NCBI GenBank assembly: GCA_964615565.1
Contig: CAZTPC010000001.1
Location: 7,353-71,352 of the forward strand
Direction of reading: 5' to 3'
Source of the DNA: an uncultured Candidatus Saccharibacteria bacterium
GTDB lineage: Bacteria; Patescibacteriota; Saccharimonadia; Saccharimonadales; AWTP1-31
Length of the DNA stretch: 64,000 nt
Shown: piece after piece, positions 16,366 to 25,560 of the stretch
How the letters are laid out: each line of letters opens with the position of its first letter
Position numbering within the stretch: position 1 is the first letter of the stretch
Notes under the pieces: generated by a model
What the model was told of the DNA's origin: nothing
Databases searched by the model: none
The model's input: the letters and a program-made list of their open reading frames with translations, nothing else
Translations under genes and position numbers: made by a program

Positions 16366-18065
16366 GCAGTATCGTCGGTAACTTCCAGTGTTTCGAAATG
16401 AGACTGCAAGTATACTAAATGTTTTTCACGGAAGTGTTTAAATTCTGTTTTGTTAAAACCATTTTTCTTAATAAAGGTGCTGATTTTCTCGCTACCAATA
16501 TAGTGCGGCATCATTACATACGCTGCGCCTTCGCCGTACAGTTCTGAAGCGTGCTCGGCACTATCTGCAGAACAGACAAACACTGCTTTGGGATTGTGTG
16601 TGCTAAGCCAATGGGACAGAAACATATTACTTTCAATATCACTCATAGTAGAGATAATAAGCTTGCTCTTCGACAAGTTAAGCTCGTCAAGTAGTTCCGG
16701 GTCTGTCGCATCTCCATACAGATATGGGATCTGCTGGTGCTCAAGTGATTCAATGTTTTCTGGGTCGTAGTCGACCACGATGTACTTCTTGCCCATGCCT
16801 TTGAAGGTCTTTAGGAACTCGTGACCGCCTTTGCGATAACCAAACAAGACAATGGGGTGGGTCGGAAGATTCTTATTATCGGATTTAGTAACGTGTCGTT
16901 CGAATAATCGTAGATGAGGCTCGAGAGTAGTAAACAGTGTGTTGTCATACTTAATTAAGTAGGTAGATACTGCGAAAGTTATAAGGGCCGTCAGAGTAAG
17001 GGCGGCGGACGCTTGCTCACTCACAAAGCCAGAACTTTTGGCGGCTACCAGAAATACTAACGAGAACTCACTAACCTGACTCATAGCCACCGCAGCCTTA
17101 AAGCTAGCGCGCTTAGTGTAGCCCAATCCACCCATAGTAATAAGTACACTGAGTGGCTTGATTATTATTACTACCAAAGTAAGTGCCGCGGCTTGCCCGA
17201 CAACTCCAGTTAATTGACCTGGTGACATACTTTGACCGAGAGTTATAAAGAATATTACTAAGAAGAAGTCGCGAAGGGGTTTAAGTCGTGATGCCATTTC
17301 GCTGCTATACGGGAAGCTGGCCAGACTAACACCGGCAAACAAGGCGCCTATCTCAATAGAGAAGCCAGCTTCTTTGAATAGAAGTGCCAGCCCTAGCCCC
17401 CAGCCGAGGGAGAATAGCAACATTAGTTCCTTGCTGTGCTCAAGAGTCTTACTAAGGGCCGGGATGATGATTTTAACAAACAAATACATACCACCCATCA
17501 GTACGGTACCCCGCAGCCCGAGCGTAATTAATGTCTGCATAGTGTCGCCTTCGCCAGATTTTGCGGCTAGGCCAATCTTGGCAACCGTTGCAACGACATC
17601 TTGCAACAACAGAACACCGATGGCGATCTGTGCGTACAGGCGGCCAGTCTCCTTTTTGTCGTTTAATAGCTTAACGATGATAATCGTACTGCTCATCGCG
17701 AGCCCCAGACCTAGGACGGCTGATTCGGTGCGTCCATACCCGAGTAGTTGTGACACTGCATACCCGACTGCCGTTACCGAGCCAATCTGAAAGATAGTAG
17801 TTATAGCTGCCGGTTTGCCTACACGGCGAACCGCCTTTACGCTAAGATCGAGACCGATGATAAACAACAACAGGGCCACACCCATGTCTGATAGCCCGGC
17901 AAAAGAGGCATCTGCATGGATGAGTTTGAGTAACGAAGGACCGGCAATAATACCGGTGATAATATGACCGATAATAAGCGGCTGTTTTAACAGTCGCATA
18001 ACAAGTGCTACTAGCGATGCTAGTGCTATTACAAGACTAACTTCCGTAAAGACAGAACTATGCAC
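16362..18065 (-). CDS. monovalent cation:proton antiporter (CPA2/Kef-type) with C-terminal TrkA-N (RCK) domain
   Basis: About 12 TM helices of the Na+/H+ exchanger family are followed by a Rossmann-like RCK domain (IVLFGYRKGGHEFLKTF...YIVVDYDPENI). Confidence 0.85.
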   Translation of the reverse strand: MHSSVFTEVSLVIALASLVALVMRLLKQPLIIGHIITGIIAGPSLLKLIHADASFAGLSDMGVALLLFIIGLDLSVKAVRRVGKPAAITTIFQIGSVTAVGYAVSQLLGYGRTESAVLGLGLAMSSTIIIVKLLNDKKETGRLYAQIAIGVLLLQDVVATVAKIGLAAKSGEGDTMQTLITLGLRGTVLMGGMYLFVKIIIPALSKTLEHSKELMLLFSLGWGLGLALLFKEAGFSIEIGALFAGVSLASFPYSSEMASRLKPLRDFFLVIFFITLGQSMSPGQLTGVVGQAAALTLVVIIIKPLSVLITMGGLGYTKRASFKAAVAMSQVSEFSLVFLVAAKSSGFVSEQASAALTLTALITFAVSTYLIKYDNTLFTTLEPHLRLFERHVTKSDNKNLPTHPIVLFGYRKGGHEFLKTFKGMGKKYIVVDYDPENIESLEHQQIPYLYGDATDPELLDELNLSKSKLIISTMSDIESNMFLSHWLSTHNPKAVFVCSADSAEHASELYGEGAAYVMMPHYIGSEKISTFIKKNGFNKTEFKHFREKHLVYLQSHFETLEVTDDTA

Positions 18066-18090
18066 GGGCGGCCCTTATTATACTTACGTC

Positions 18091-18357
18091 TTAACGTTTT
18101 TTTGATGGCTTAATTGCTGCTCCAAGCAGTACTCCGCCGAGTACTAGCAGTGCTGCACCGAAACCAATCAATAGTAGTTTGATGTTGTCGCGGTTTTGGA
18201 TGTTACCCAAGGTTACAACGGCAACACCGGCGAATAGCACGGCAGCGCCAGCAGTAGTTGGACTTACTTCATTAGAAACAGTTTTTTTGGTTTTTTTTAC
18301 TTTCTTGGCAGGCATGTTTTTTCCTTTTGGTTTTTTATACTTACGGCCAGTATACAA
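18091..18357 (-). CDS. small lysine-rich membrane protein (hypothetical)
   Basis: Basic N-terminus (KKVKKTKK) and two hydrophobic helices. The true start may be MPAKK at about 18315. Confidence 0.45.
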   Translation of the reverse strand: MYTGRKYKKPKGKNMPAKKVKKTKKTVSNEVSPTTAGAAVLFAGVAVVTLGNIQNRDNIKLLLIGFGAALLVLGGVLLGAAIKPSKKR

Positions 18358-18616
18358 AAAATAGTTGACACGAGCAACATGCTTATGGCAAAATCATGTC
18401 ATTCTTTGAGAGCAGCACGTAAAAGAACAAAAAGTGTTTTAAAAGCTCCAAGAAAAACAAAAATATAACTAAATAAAATGCCAGACAATTTTGAGACGAT
18501 TGTTCACGGCCAAGAGGTGAGGAGAGGGATATGAGTATTAAAATAAAAACATTTAGTCGGGGTTACAAAGTGGAAGTACGAGTTAAGAAAGCCAGCTGGC
18601 AACAGTTTTTGCAGTA

Positions 18617-19195
18617 TTAGTTTCGGTCTTGGCGCCGTTTTCGAGCTCTGGTAAGCGTGTGTGCTTTTCCAACTGGGTTGAGTACGGTTGCTCCAGCTAA
18701 TGACAAATCATCGGCGGAATAGGGTGCAAGATGCAAATCTCTATCTCCTATTGGGCTGAACGTTACATTGCCGAGATCAACAAAACCTTTTATCCACGTA
18801 TGTTGTCCAGCTCCTTCGGTGAATTGACACATACCATGGTCTACAAGATCGCGCACGCCTTTAGATACGACACCTTTTGCCCTTTCTTTGTCTGAGTATC
18901 CATATACTTCTTGAACATGCTTCCATAGTTCCCTCGTGTCGATAGGTTCTGGAGGCGATTGAATAAGTATCGATAGGATTCGTGCAGTAGGGAATAGTAG
19001 AATATCGCGTACTCCTGTATTACCGCGCGCTCCAGTTACTACAGGTTCACTAGGATCAAACACTGCATAGTATGGTTCATGGTTCTCTGCATACGCAGCG
19101 CGAGCAATAGCGGCATTGCGTGTGCCGACTAGTTCGAGATCTACCTCTCCGACGCCCATAAACGGCGCCCACTCTGGTGTACCAAAGTTTGACAT
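18617..19195 (-). CDS. hypothetical protein (192 aa)
   Basis: ORF with no recognised motif, divergent from the 19230 gene. Confidence 0.55.
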   Translation of the reverse strand: MSNFGTPEWAPFMGVGEVDLELVGTRNAAIARAAYAENHEPYYAVFDPSEPVVTGARGNTGVRDILLFPTARILSILIQSPPEPIDTRELWKHVQEVYGYSDKERAKGVVSKGVRDLVDHGMCQFTEGAGQHTWIKGFVDLGNVTFSPIGDRDLHLAPYSADDLSLAGATVLNPVGKAHTLTRARKRRQDRN

Positions 19196-19229
19196 CCGTA
19201 TACTTTAACATCATAATTATACTTTTGCA

Positions 19230-19739
19230 ATGGCGTCACCAGATACAAACAGCAGAATTCTCGTCGATCCAGAGAAAGTCAGGGAGGCTTTTGAATACGT
19301 AAAAGCCACGCCTTTCGATACGTTTAGGGCGGAGGAGCTAGCGGCCATCGGTGTAGATAACCCTCTATTAGAACAAGATGTTATGGCAATGTTTAGCGGT
19401 GTAATCCATATGGGCAGAGACGCGGCTTATCGTATGATGACAGGCCAGCTAGCAGCGCACCATCTTCTTAAAGCCTGTACTGAAGGGCCGATGCCTAAGA
19501 TTACAGATGACCAAATAAGGGATCTAGGTGACGCTGTTACTCAGTTCCCGCATAGTCCAAAGTGGTTAAGTGACGAAGATAGAGAACTGATTGAACCGGC
19601 AATATCACAAATATTTAGAGCTCGCTTTAATGTTTCGCCGACACTCACAGAGTTGAGTAGTGGTTTATCGCATCGGCAAAGCAGAGAAGGCATGCACTGG
19701 ATGCTCATGCTCTTCAAGCCATATATAGTCGAACTGTAA
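19230..19739 (+). CDS. hypothetical protein (169 aa)
   Basis: ORF with no recognised motif. Confidence 0.55.
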   Translation: MASPDTNSRILVDPEKVREAFEYVKATPFDTFRAEELAAIGVDNPLLEQDVMAMFSGVIHMGRDAAYRMMTGQLAAHHLLKACTEGPMPKITDDQIRDLGDAVTQFPHSPKWLSDEDRELIEPAISQIFRARFNVSPTLTELSSGLSHRQSREGMHWMLMLFKPYIVEL

Positions 19740-19784
19740 TTGCTTGTCCTTGCATCTGTTCCTAGCCAGCGTTAATGTGGCGTA

Positions 19785-20762
19785 ATGGCTTATGGGACAA
19801 AACGAAGGGTAGAGCACGAGCCCACTATCGAATTAATCGGAGCAAATATTGAGGCCAGCTTAAGTCCTGCAATGATGAACGACACGTTTACTATGCTTGA
19901 GATGTCGCCCCAAGAGTGGTGGTATGCCCGGTACCCGTTCAGACACATCCCCAACAGAGGAATCAGGATAGGCAGCCTAAAGGGATTATTAAACCTAAAA
20001 TCTCAACAAGGCCGCAAAGGCCTGGGTATTACTATCCCGTATAAATCTGACATACTCCAAACCGGCATAGTAACCCCGGGCGACAGTATCGTGCCTATAA
20101 CTGGCGTTACAAATACATTGATAAATAACCGTGATGGCACTTGGACAGGGTATAACACCGACGTTGTAGGAATAAAAGGAGCGCTGATGCCACATCTGCT
20201 GACTGTTGCCACTAAGCCTAGTATTGTCCTAGGTGCGGGTGCTACTGCTACATCGGCCGTTATGGCGCTGGGTGAAATGGGCGCGCCGGAGGTGAGCGTT
20301 GCTGCACGCAGAGAGAGCCAGGCAAAGGGGTTGGTCGAGAAGTTGCAGCCCCACTTTCCTGATACAAGATTAGACTCAGTAGAACTTGATACCGACCAGA
20401 ATAGCCAGCTAGCCAGGCGAGGGCTTTATGCTGGGTTAATCCTCAACACTACACCAATGGGACAGACTGGAACACAGTATGTAGGCGTTAACCCATATGG
20501 TGGTCTGTACTTGCGTGACAAAGTATTGATGGATGTTGTTTATGATCCTTTGCTCACACCATTTTTGCGTAGTGGTATCGACGATGAATGCAGGCTCGTA
20601 CATGGAATCGAGATGCTTGCACACCAAGCCTCGGAACAGTTGGCGTTATTTGCTAACGAGCCACTAATAGAAACCGAGCGACTGGTAATCGCTCGGTCTA
20701 TGCTGGCTGCCGGTTACCGTGAACGGTTATGGCGCGCTGACTCACGGAGTGAGTGGCACTAA
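19785..20762 (+). CDS. aroE: shikimate/quinate 5-dehydrogenase family protein (AroE-like)
   Basis: Shikimate dehydrogenase substrate-domain motifs (GANIEASLSPAMMN, GLGITIPYK, GVTNTLI, GYNTDVVG), the NAD(P) site (VLGAGATATS) and NTTPMGQ. Confidence 0.75.
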   Translation: MAYGTKRRVEHEPTIELIGANIEASLSPAMMNDTFTMLEMSPQEWWYARYPFRHIPNRGIRIGSLKGLLNLKSQQGRKGLGITIPYKSDILQTGIVTPGDSIVPITGVTNTLINNRDGTWTGYNTDVVGIKGALMPHLLTVATKPSIVLGAGATATSAVMALGEMGAPEVSVAARRESQAKGLVEKLQPHFPDTRLDSVELDTDQNSQLARRGLYAGLILNTTPMGQTGTQYVGVNPYGGLYLRDKVLMDVVYDPLLTPFLRSGIDDECRLVHGIEMLAHQASEQLALFANEPLIETERLVIARSMLAAGYRERLWRADSRSEWH

Positions 20763-21407
20763 CTATTTCTTACTTGCAGTCTTAATTGCATCGTCGATAA
20801 GTTTTTTGAACTCGTCGAGAGTACCTGGATTCTTAATCTTTTTGCCTTGTAGGAAGAAAGTTGGAGTCGAGTTAATTCCCAGCTTTACGCCTTCGTTGTA
20901 ATCTGCGCTGATAATGCCATTTACTTCTTCACTTGCAAAGTCGGTATCGAACTTAGCGGTGTTAAGGCCAAGTTGTTTTGCATAACCCTGGAAGATTGCC
21001 TTGGCTGTGTTACTTTCCGTCCAAGCGTTCTGTTGTTCGTACAATAGGTTGTGCATCTCCCAGTACTTGCCTTGCTTGGCAGCTGCTTCTGCAGCCCGGG
21101 CACCAGCACGAGCATTAGGGTGAATAGTCTGCAGAGGGAAGTTGCGGAACTGGAACTGGATATCGTTCTGATATTCCTCTACTAATTGCTTAACAATTGG
21201 GTGGTACTGACCACAAGCAGGACATTGAAAGTCGCCATACTCGACTAGTGTTACCTTCTTAGAGTTCTTGCCGGTCACATTATTACTTAATGTAGCTTTT
21301 GAGTTGGTGGTGGTGTTTGTGTTGGAATCTTTCTTGGATGTCACCGCGAAAATGCCGAACAGGGCAATCAAACACGCGACGACAATTGCGACGAATTGTT
21401 TACTCAT
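20763..21407 (-). CDS. DsbA-family thiol:disulfide oxidoreductase, membrane-anchored
   Basis: N-terminal TM helix and a thioredoxin fold with a CPAC active site (FQCPACGQYHP). Confidence 0.8.
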   Translation of the reverse strand: MSKQFVAIVVACLIALFGIFAVTSKKDSNTNTTTNSKATLSNNVTGKNSKKVTLVEYGDFQCPACGQYHPIVKQLVEEYQNDIQFQFRNFPLQTIHPNARAGARAAEAAAKQGKYWEMHNLLYEQQNAWTESNTAKAIFQGYAKQLGLNTAKFDTDFASEEVNGIISADYNEGVKLGINSTPTFFLQGKKIKNPGTLDEFKKLIDDAIKTASKK

Positions 21408-21462
21408 AGTTCTCTTATAGTACAGGCTTAGACCACTCCAGTCGAGCTGCTATACTGAGGGC

Positions 21463-22563
21463 ATGATTCTGTTTATTCTAGTGCTTTTACTGGCTGCACT
21501 AACGCTAGTAAGTGTCTCTATCCAAAAGACCTACAGTAAAACACCGCTCAAAGAACTCAAACGCCGAGCAAACAAGGGTGATGAGGTGGCCAAGGTTCTG
21601 CATTCTGCCGTATCGTACGGCGCTAGCCTAGAGCTATTGTTATGGATAATCATCGGGCTCAGCGCTGCTGGATTCTTTGTTGCACTTACCAGTAGTTTGC
21701 CCTCATGGTTGGCTATTTTCGGTTGTGCGGCACTACTATGGGTTGGCTTCGCCTGGTTACCAACGTCGGAAGTCTCAGGGCTAAGCCAAAAGGCAGCCCA
21801 ATGGCTAGCGCCAGGGCTAGCTTGGTTGCTTTCGAAGCTCTACCCAGTACTTAACAAAGCGAGTAACTTCGCTCAGAATCACCGACGCATCTCAGTTCAT
21901 AGTGGTTTGTACCAAAAAGAAGATCTAGTAGAGCTACTCGATCGTCAGCAGAAACAGCCAGACAATCGCATGACTTCAGCTGAGTTGGCTGTGGTAAAGG
22001 GCGCATTGACGTACAGCGACAAGATAATCCGTGACATCATGACACCCAAAAGAGTGGTCAAGACAGTTAAGCAAGATGATTCTGTCGGGCCGCTACTACT
22101 AGATGAGCTTCACAAGAGTGGTTTCTCAAGGTTTCCAGTTGTGGGTGAAAAACCGGACGAGCTAATCGGCGTGCTTCACTTACGTGACCTTGTGAATGCC
22201 AAAGATGGTGGGCACGTAAAGTCATTTATGAAGAAGCCAGTCTATTATGTGAACGAAGAAAAACCACTGCAACATGCTTTACAGGCGTTCCTTCGAACCA
22301 AACGGCACCTTTTTGTGGTAGTTAACAGCTTTGAGGAAATGGTCGGCATTATTACCATCGAGGATGTTCTGGAGCAAATCCTAGGTAAGCAAATCGTCGA
22401 TGAGTTTGATAAGTACGAAGACCTCCGTGCAGTAGCGGCACTACAGGCAGCCAAAGAAGCCAAGAGTCATGCACATGCCCCTGAAGACAGTGAGACGGTA
22501 GAATCTGCGCCAGCCGAATCTCCAAAGGAAGAGCCGGCAGAACCTGCTGAATCGAAGTCTTAG
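21463..22563 (+). CDS. CNNM/CorC-HlyC family protein (DUF21 TM domain + CBS pair + CorC_HlyC domain)
   Basis: N-terminal TM DUF21 region, a CBS pair (IMTPKRVVKTV...GVLHLRDLV) and GIITIEDVLEQILGKQIVDEFD, typical of CorC. Confidence 0.85.
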   Translation: MILFILVLLLAALTLVSVSIQKTYSKTPLKELKRRANKGDEVAKVLHSAVSYGASLELLLWIIIGLSAAGFFVALTSSLPSWLAIFGCAALLWVGFAWLPTSEVSGLSQKAAQWLAPGLAWLLSKLYPVLNKASNFAQNHRRISVHSGLYQKEDLVELLDRQQKQPDNRMTSAELAVVKGALTYSDKIIRDIMTPKRVVKTVKQDDSVGPLLLDELHKSGFSRFPVVGEKPDELIGVLHLRDLVNAKDGGHVKSFMKKPVYYVNEEKPLQHALQAFLRTKRHLFVVVNSFEEMVGIITIEDVLEQILGKQIVDEFDKYEDLRAVAALQAAKEAKSHAHAPEDSETVESAPAESPKEEPAEPAESKS

Positions 22564-22751
22564 TAAAAACTGAGTAAATATAGTATAGTATTGTTAATGA
22601 AAACAGTTACCTACTGCGTAGATAATAATAACCGGGTCGATCAGTCAGCGACTCCGGCGCGTTTGACTGTATAAACGACCCTGCATAAGCCTACATCACT
22701 AAATAGCTATAGTGCCGACACTTCGGCCGTAGATGATACACTAGGAAACAT

Positions 22752-24074
22752 ATGAGAACATTAGCAAAAGACGTCGCTACTTGCGGCGAAAAAGAAGTAA
22801 CAATTCAAGGGTGGATTCACAAAAAGCGACTGCTTGGCGGACTAAACTTTATTAACATCCGCGACCGCAGTGGTCTAACACAGGTGTTAGTGGAGAAGGG
22901 CGACGAAGTTGAAAAGCTTCGTGGCATGCAAATTGGCACCGTTGTCGAAATAAAAGGAACAGTTTTTGCAGACGAGCGTGCTCCTGGTGGAGCAGAGCTT
23001 CATGACCCAGAAATAACCATTATTGCTCCAGTGAGCGATGAACCTCCAATCGAAATCGACAAGCCGCTTAGCCACAAGAGTGAGCATTTAGACACACTAC
23101 TAGACAACCGACCAATAGGGCTGCGTAACCTACAGGAAACGGCTTTATTTAGAACACAGTCGAACGTTGGTAAGGCTATCCGCGAATACTTTGAACAGAA
23201 CGAATTCACAGAAATGCACACTCCAAAGTTACTAGCAGAGGCTACCGAAGGCGGGACGGAAGTATTCAAGCTCGACTACTTTGGGAAGGAAGCAACATTG
23301 GCCCAGAGCCCGCAGTTCTATAAGCAAATGATGGTCGGTGTATTCGAGCGGGTGTACGAGATTGCGCCAGTATACCGAGCCGAGCCAAGTGCGACTACGC
23401 GCCACATGACCGAATATGTTAGTGTCGATGCCGAGATGGGCTTTATCACATTTGAAGACCTCCTCAACTTTGGTGGTGGGCTCCTGATTCACGTTGTCGA
23501 GAGTACCTGGGAAAACAGCCAGCAAGCCTTCAAGATGTGGAATGTCCCTAAGGTTGAGCTGCCAGCTACTCCGGAAGAGATTCCTAGAATCACTATCGAT
23601 GAGATTCACGAGATGTTCCTAAAAGCCACCAAAGAAGATCACACCGGCGAGGATGATCTAGCACCAGCCGAAGAGAAGTGGATTTGTGAATGGGCAAAGA
23701 AAAACAAAGGCACCGATGCAGTGTTCGTTGTTGGATGGAGTGCTAACAGTAAAACCTTTAAGTTTTATCACAAAGCCGATCCGCAGAACCCAGAGATTGC
23801 CGAACGAGCCGACCTACTATTCCGTGGTGTCGAGATCGCTACACTTAGTATGCGTGAGAACAACTACCAAATGTTGGTTGAGCAGATGCACAAAAAAGGC
23901 GCAGATCCAGAACATCCTGGTTTTGCTTCATACGTAAGTGCCTTTAAATACGGTATGCCACCCCACGGTGGTTTTGGCCTAGGTCTTGAAAGACTTGTCG
24001 AAAAACTTTTCAAGCTGGACAACATCAAGGAAGCAACACTCTTCCCACGTGACATTAACCGATTGGCTCCGTAG
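22752..24074 (+). CDS. aspS: aspartate--tRNA ligase, archaeal/eukaryal type (class IIb, likely non-discriminating)
   Basis: N-terminal OB anticodon-binding fold and class II motifs (QSPQFYKQMM, FRAEPSATTRHMTEY, GGFGLGLERLV). The 440 aa length and motif-2 region resemble type-2 AspRS more than AsnRS. Confidence 0.8.
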   Translation: MRTLAKDVATCGEKEVTIQGWIHKKRLLGGLNFINIRDRSGLTQVLVEKGDEVEKLRGMQIGTVVEIKGTVFADERAPGGAELHDPEITIIAPVSDEPPIEIDKPLSHKSEHLDTLLDNRPIGLRNLQETALFRTQSNVGKAIREYFEQNEFTEMHTPKLLAEATEGGTEVFKLDYFGKEATLAQSPQFYKQMMVGVFERVYEIAPVYRAEPSATTRHMTEYVSVDAEMGFITFEDLLNFGGGLLIHVVESTWENSQQAFKMWNVPKVELPATPEEIPRITIDEIHEMFLKATKEDHTGEDDLAPAEEKWICEWAKKNKGTDAVFVVGWSANSKTFKFYHKADPQNPEIAERADLLFRGVEIATLSMRENNYQMLVEQMHKKGADPEHPGFASYVSAFKYGMPPHGGFGLGLERLVEKLFKLDNIKEATLFPRDINRLAP

Positions 24075-24087
24075 TAATAAGCAGCCA

Positions 24088-24756
24088 CTAAACGGCCGCA
24101 TACGGAGGTACGATTACAATCGGTGTAGGCTCAGTCTCGGACGGTGGTTGCATAATAAACGAGTTCTTCACGTACTCGTAGGTCATTTGTCTACCGAGAA
24201 TTAATGGGCGCAAACGGTCATTAACTGGGTCATCAATACCTTTGGGTGAAAACTGCTCGCCGACAGCTGCAAGAACTTGGTCGTGCCGGCGTACAACAAA
24301 CAAGCCTAGCGGTGGAGAAAACCCTCGTTTGATTACGCCGCACATTCGCTGAGCGAATACTCCCTGTTTGAGGTGGTTTGCATCTAGAGAAGCATTGAAC
24401 CAAGTGTAGTATGAGTTAGAGGAAATAAGTGTTGGACGGACGCTTATGGATGAAAGTGTCCCATGACCTATAAGGTGTACATCGCTAATATCGGGATCAC
24501 GAATAACTTGGTTAATATCGTTAAAGCGAGCATCTAGGCCAACAGTTACATTTCTGCCGATCATTCTGAGGCGGTCAGCAAGTGCGAGTGCCTCATCTCG
24601 AAATTCTTCACGCTCGAATTCACGACCAGGATCGGTGTAGTACGATGCCAGGATAGCAACTGTGCCCTCAAGCGCCGGTCGACTAAATGATTCATCTGTT
24701 CGGAGTTGCTCCCAACGACGGGTTGCGGCTCCGAACTGGGCTTTATCGTCTGCCAT
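24088..24756 (-). CDS. hypothetical protein (222 aa)
   Basis: ORF with no recognised motif. Confidence 0.5.
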   Translation of the reverse strand: MADDKAQFGAATRRWEQLRTDESFSRPALEGTVAILASYYTDPGREFEREEFRDEALALADRLRMIGRNVTVGLDARFNDINQVIRDPDISDVHLIGHGTLSSISVRPTLISSNSYYTWFNASLDANHLKQGVFAQRMCGVIKRGFSPPLGLFVVRRHDQVLAAVGEQFSPKGIDDPVNDRLRPLILGRQMTYEYVKNSFIMQPPSETEPTPIVIVPPYAAV

Positions 24757-24767
24757 ATTTTTAGTGT

Positions 24768-25520
24768 TTAGGCCTGGTGTCGCGCCCTGTAAGCTTGTAC
24801 TAAAGCCTCGGCTTCTAGGTAGTCAAGCTGGCCGACAACCAATGGGCGACCCTCGCTTTGCAGTATAGGGCTTATGTACACGGCAGGTCGACCTCTTCTG
24901 ATAGCTTCTTCTCGGGTGACCTTACCATGAGGTCCCATACCCATGATTATTGTGTTGGCTCGTGCGCGGTTTGCATAGTCGATGATCGATCCTGCGGTCC
25001 TGCGAACATTCGCCATAATTGCTACCTTTGCATAGTCGGCTTCTTGGTGATCGAGTGCGATGCTCGTGATCCCATCGATCCCTTCTACATCTGCACCCAT
25101 ATTTTCGAAGTCGTGAAAGGAACTAACGGTAACGAGTCCAGATTTTCGAACATGTGCTATAAGGTCTCTAGATCCGGCGGTGAGTGTTTCTGTGTCAATG
25201 CCATCAACGTGCGGCATAACTGCTTCGACCGCCACGAGTTTTTCTTCGGGAGATCCGTCCCACTTTCCATTCTCTGTTGTCGATCTGAGTGTAAACAATA
25301 CCCCTAAGTGTTCGGCAACCTTCGCGGCTTGTTCGGCCAAGTACTCTGGGTCTTGCGACGGAAGTAGGTCTCCGCGGAGCTCGGCTGCCTCGGCATAGGC
25401 GGCAAAGTCGGCGATGGCAGTAATTTGTTCCTCGCTTGAAATAGTGATAATTCGGGCAGTTTGGTCGGCTTTTAGGGCCTCGTGTAATCGGTTAGGCATA
25501 CAAGTATTGTACGCAGTCAT
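24768..25520 (-). CDS. aroD: type I 3-dehydroquinate dehydratase
   Basis: AroD motifs ADYAKVAIMANV (Schiff-base Lys region) and IIMGMGPHGKVTR (compare SMG..G..SR). Confidence 0.75.
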   Translation of the reverse strand: MTAYNTCMPNRLHEALKADQTARIITISSEEQITAIADFAAYAEAAELRGDLLPSQDPEYLAEQAAKVAEHLGVLFTLRSTTENGKWDGSPEEKLVAVEAVMPHVDGIDTETLTAGSRDLIAHVRKSGLVTVSSFHDFENMGADVEGIDGITSIALDHQEADYAKVAIMANVRRTAGSIIDYANRARANTIIMGMGPHGKVTREEAIRRGRPAVYISPILQSEGRPLVVGQLDYLEAEALVQAYRARHQA

Positions 25521-25560
25521 TTTTTGGAGACAAGCATAAGCATTGGTATACTGGTGCCAG

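Noticed and set aside
18179-18364. Plus-strand 61-aa ORF overlapping the small membrane protein gene
   Set aside because: Antisense overlap and no RBS. The minus-strand ORF has the more protein-like composition (TM helices, K-rich tail).
22564-22751. T-box or leader upstream of aspS
   Set aside because: No specifier-loop or T-box (AATTAGGGTGGNACCGCG-like) sequence is recognisable. Only a weak hairpin GTCG...CGAC.
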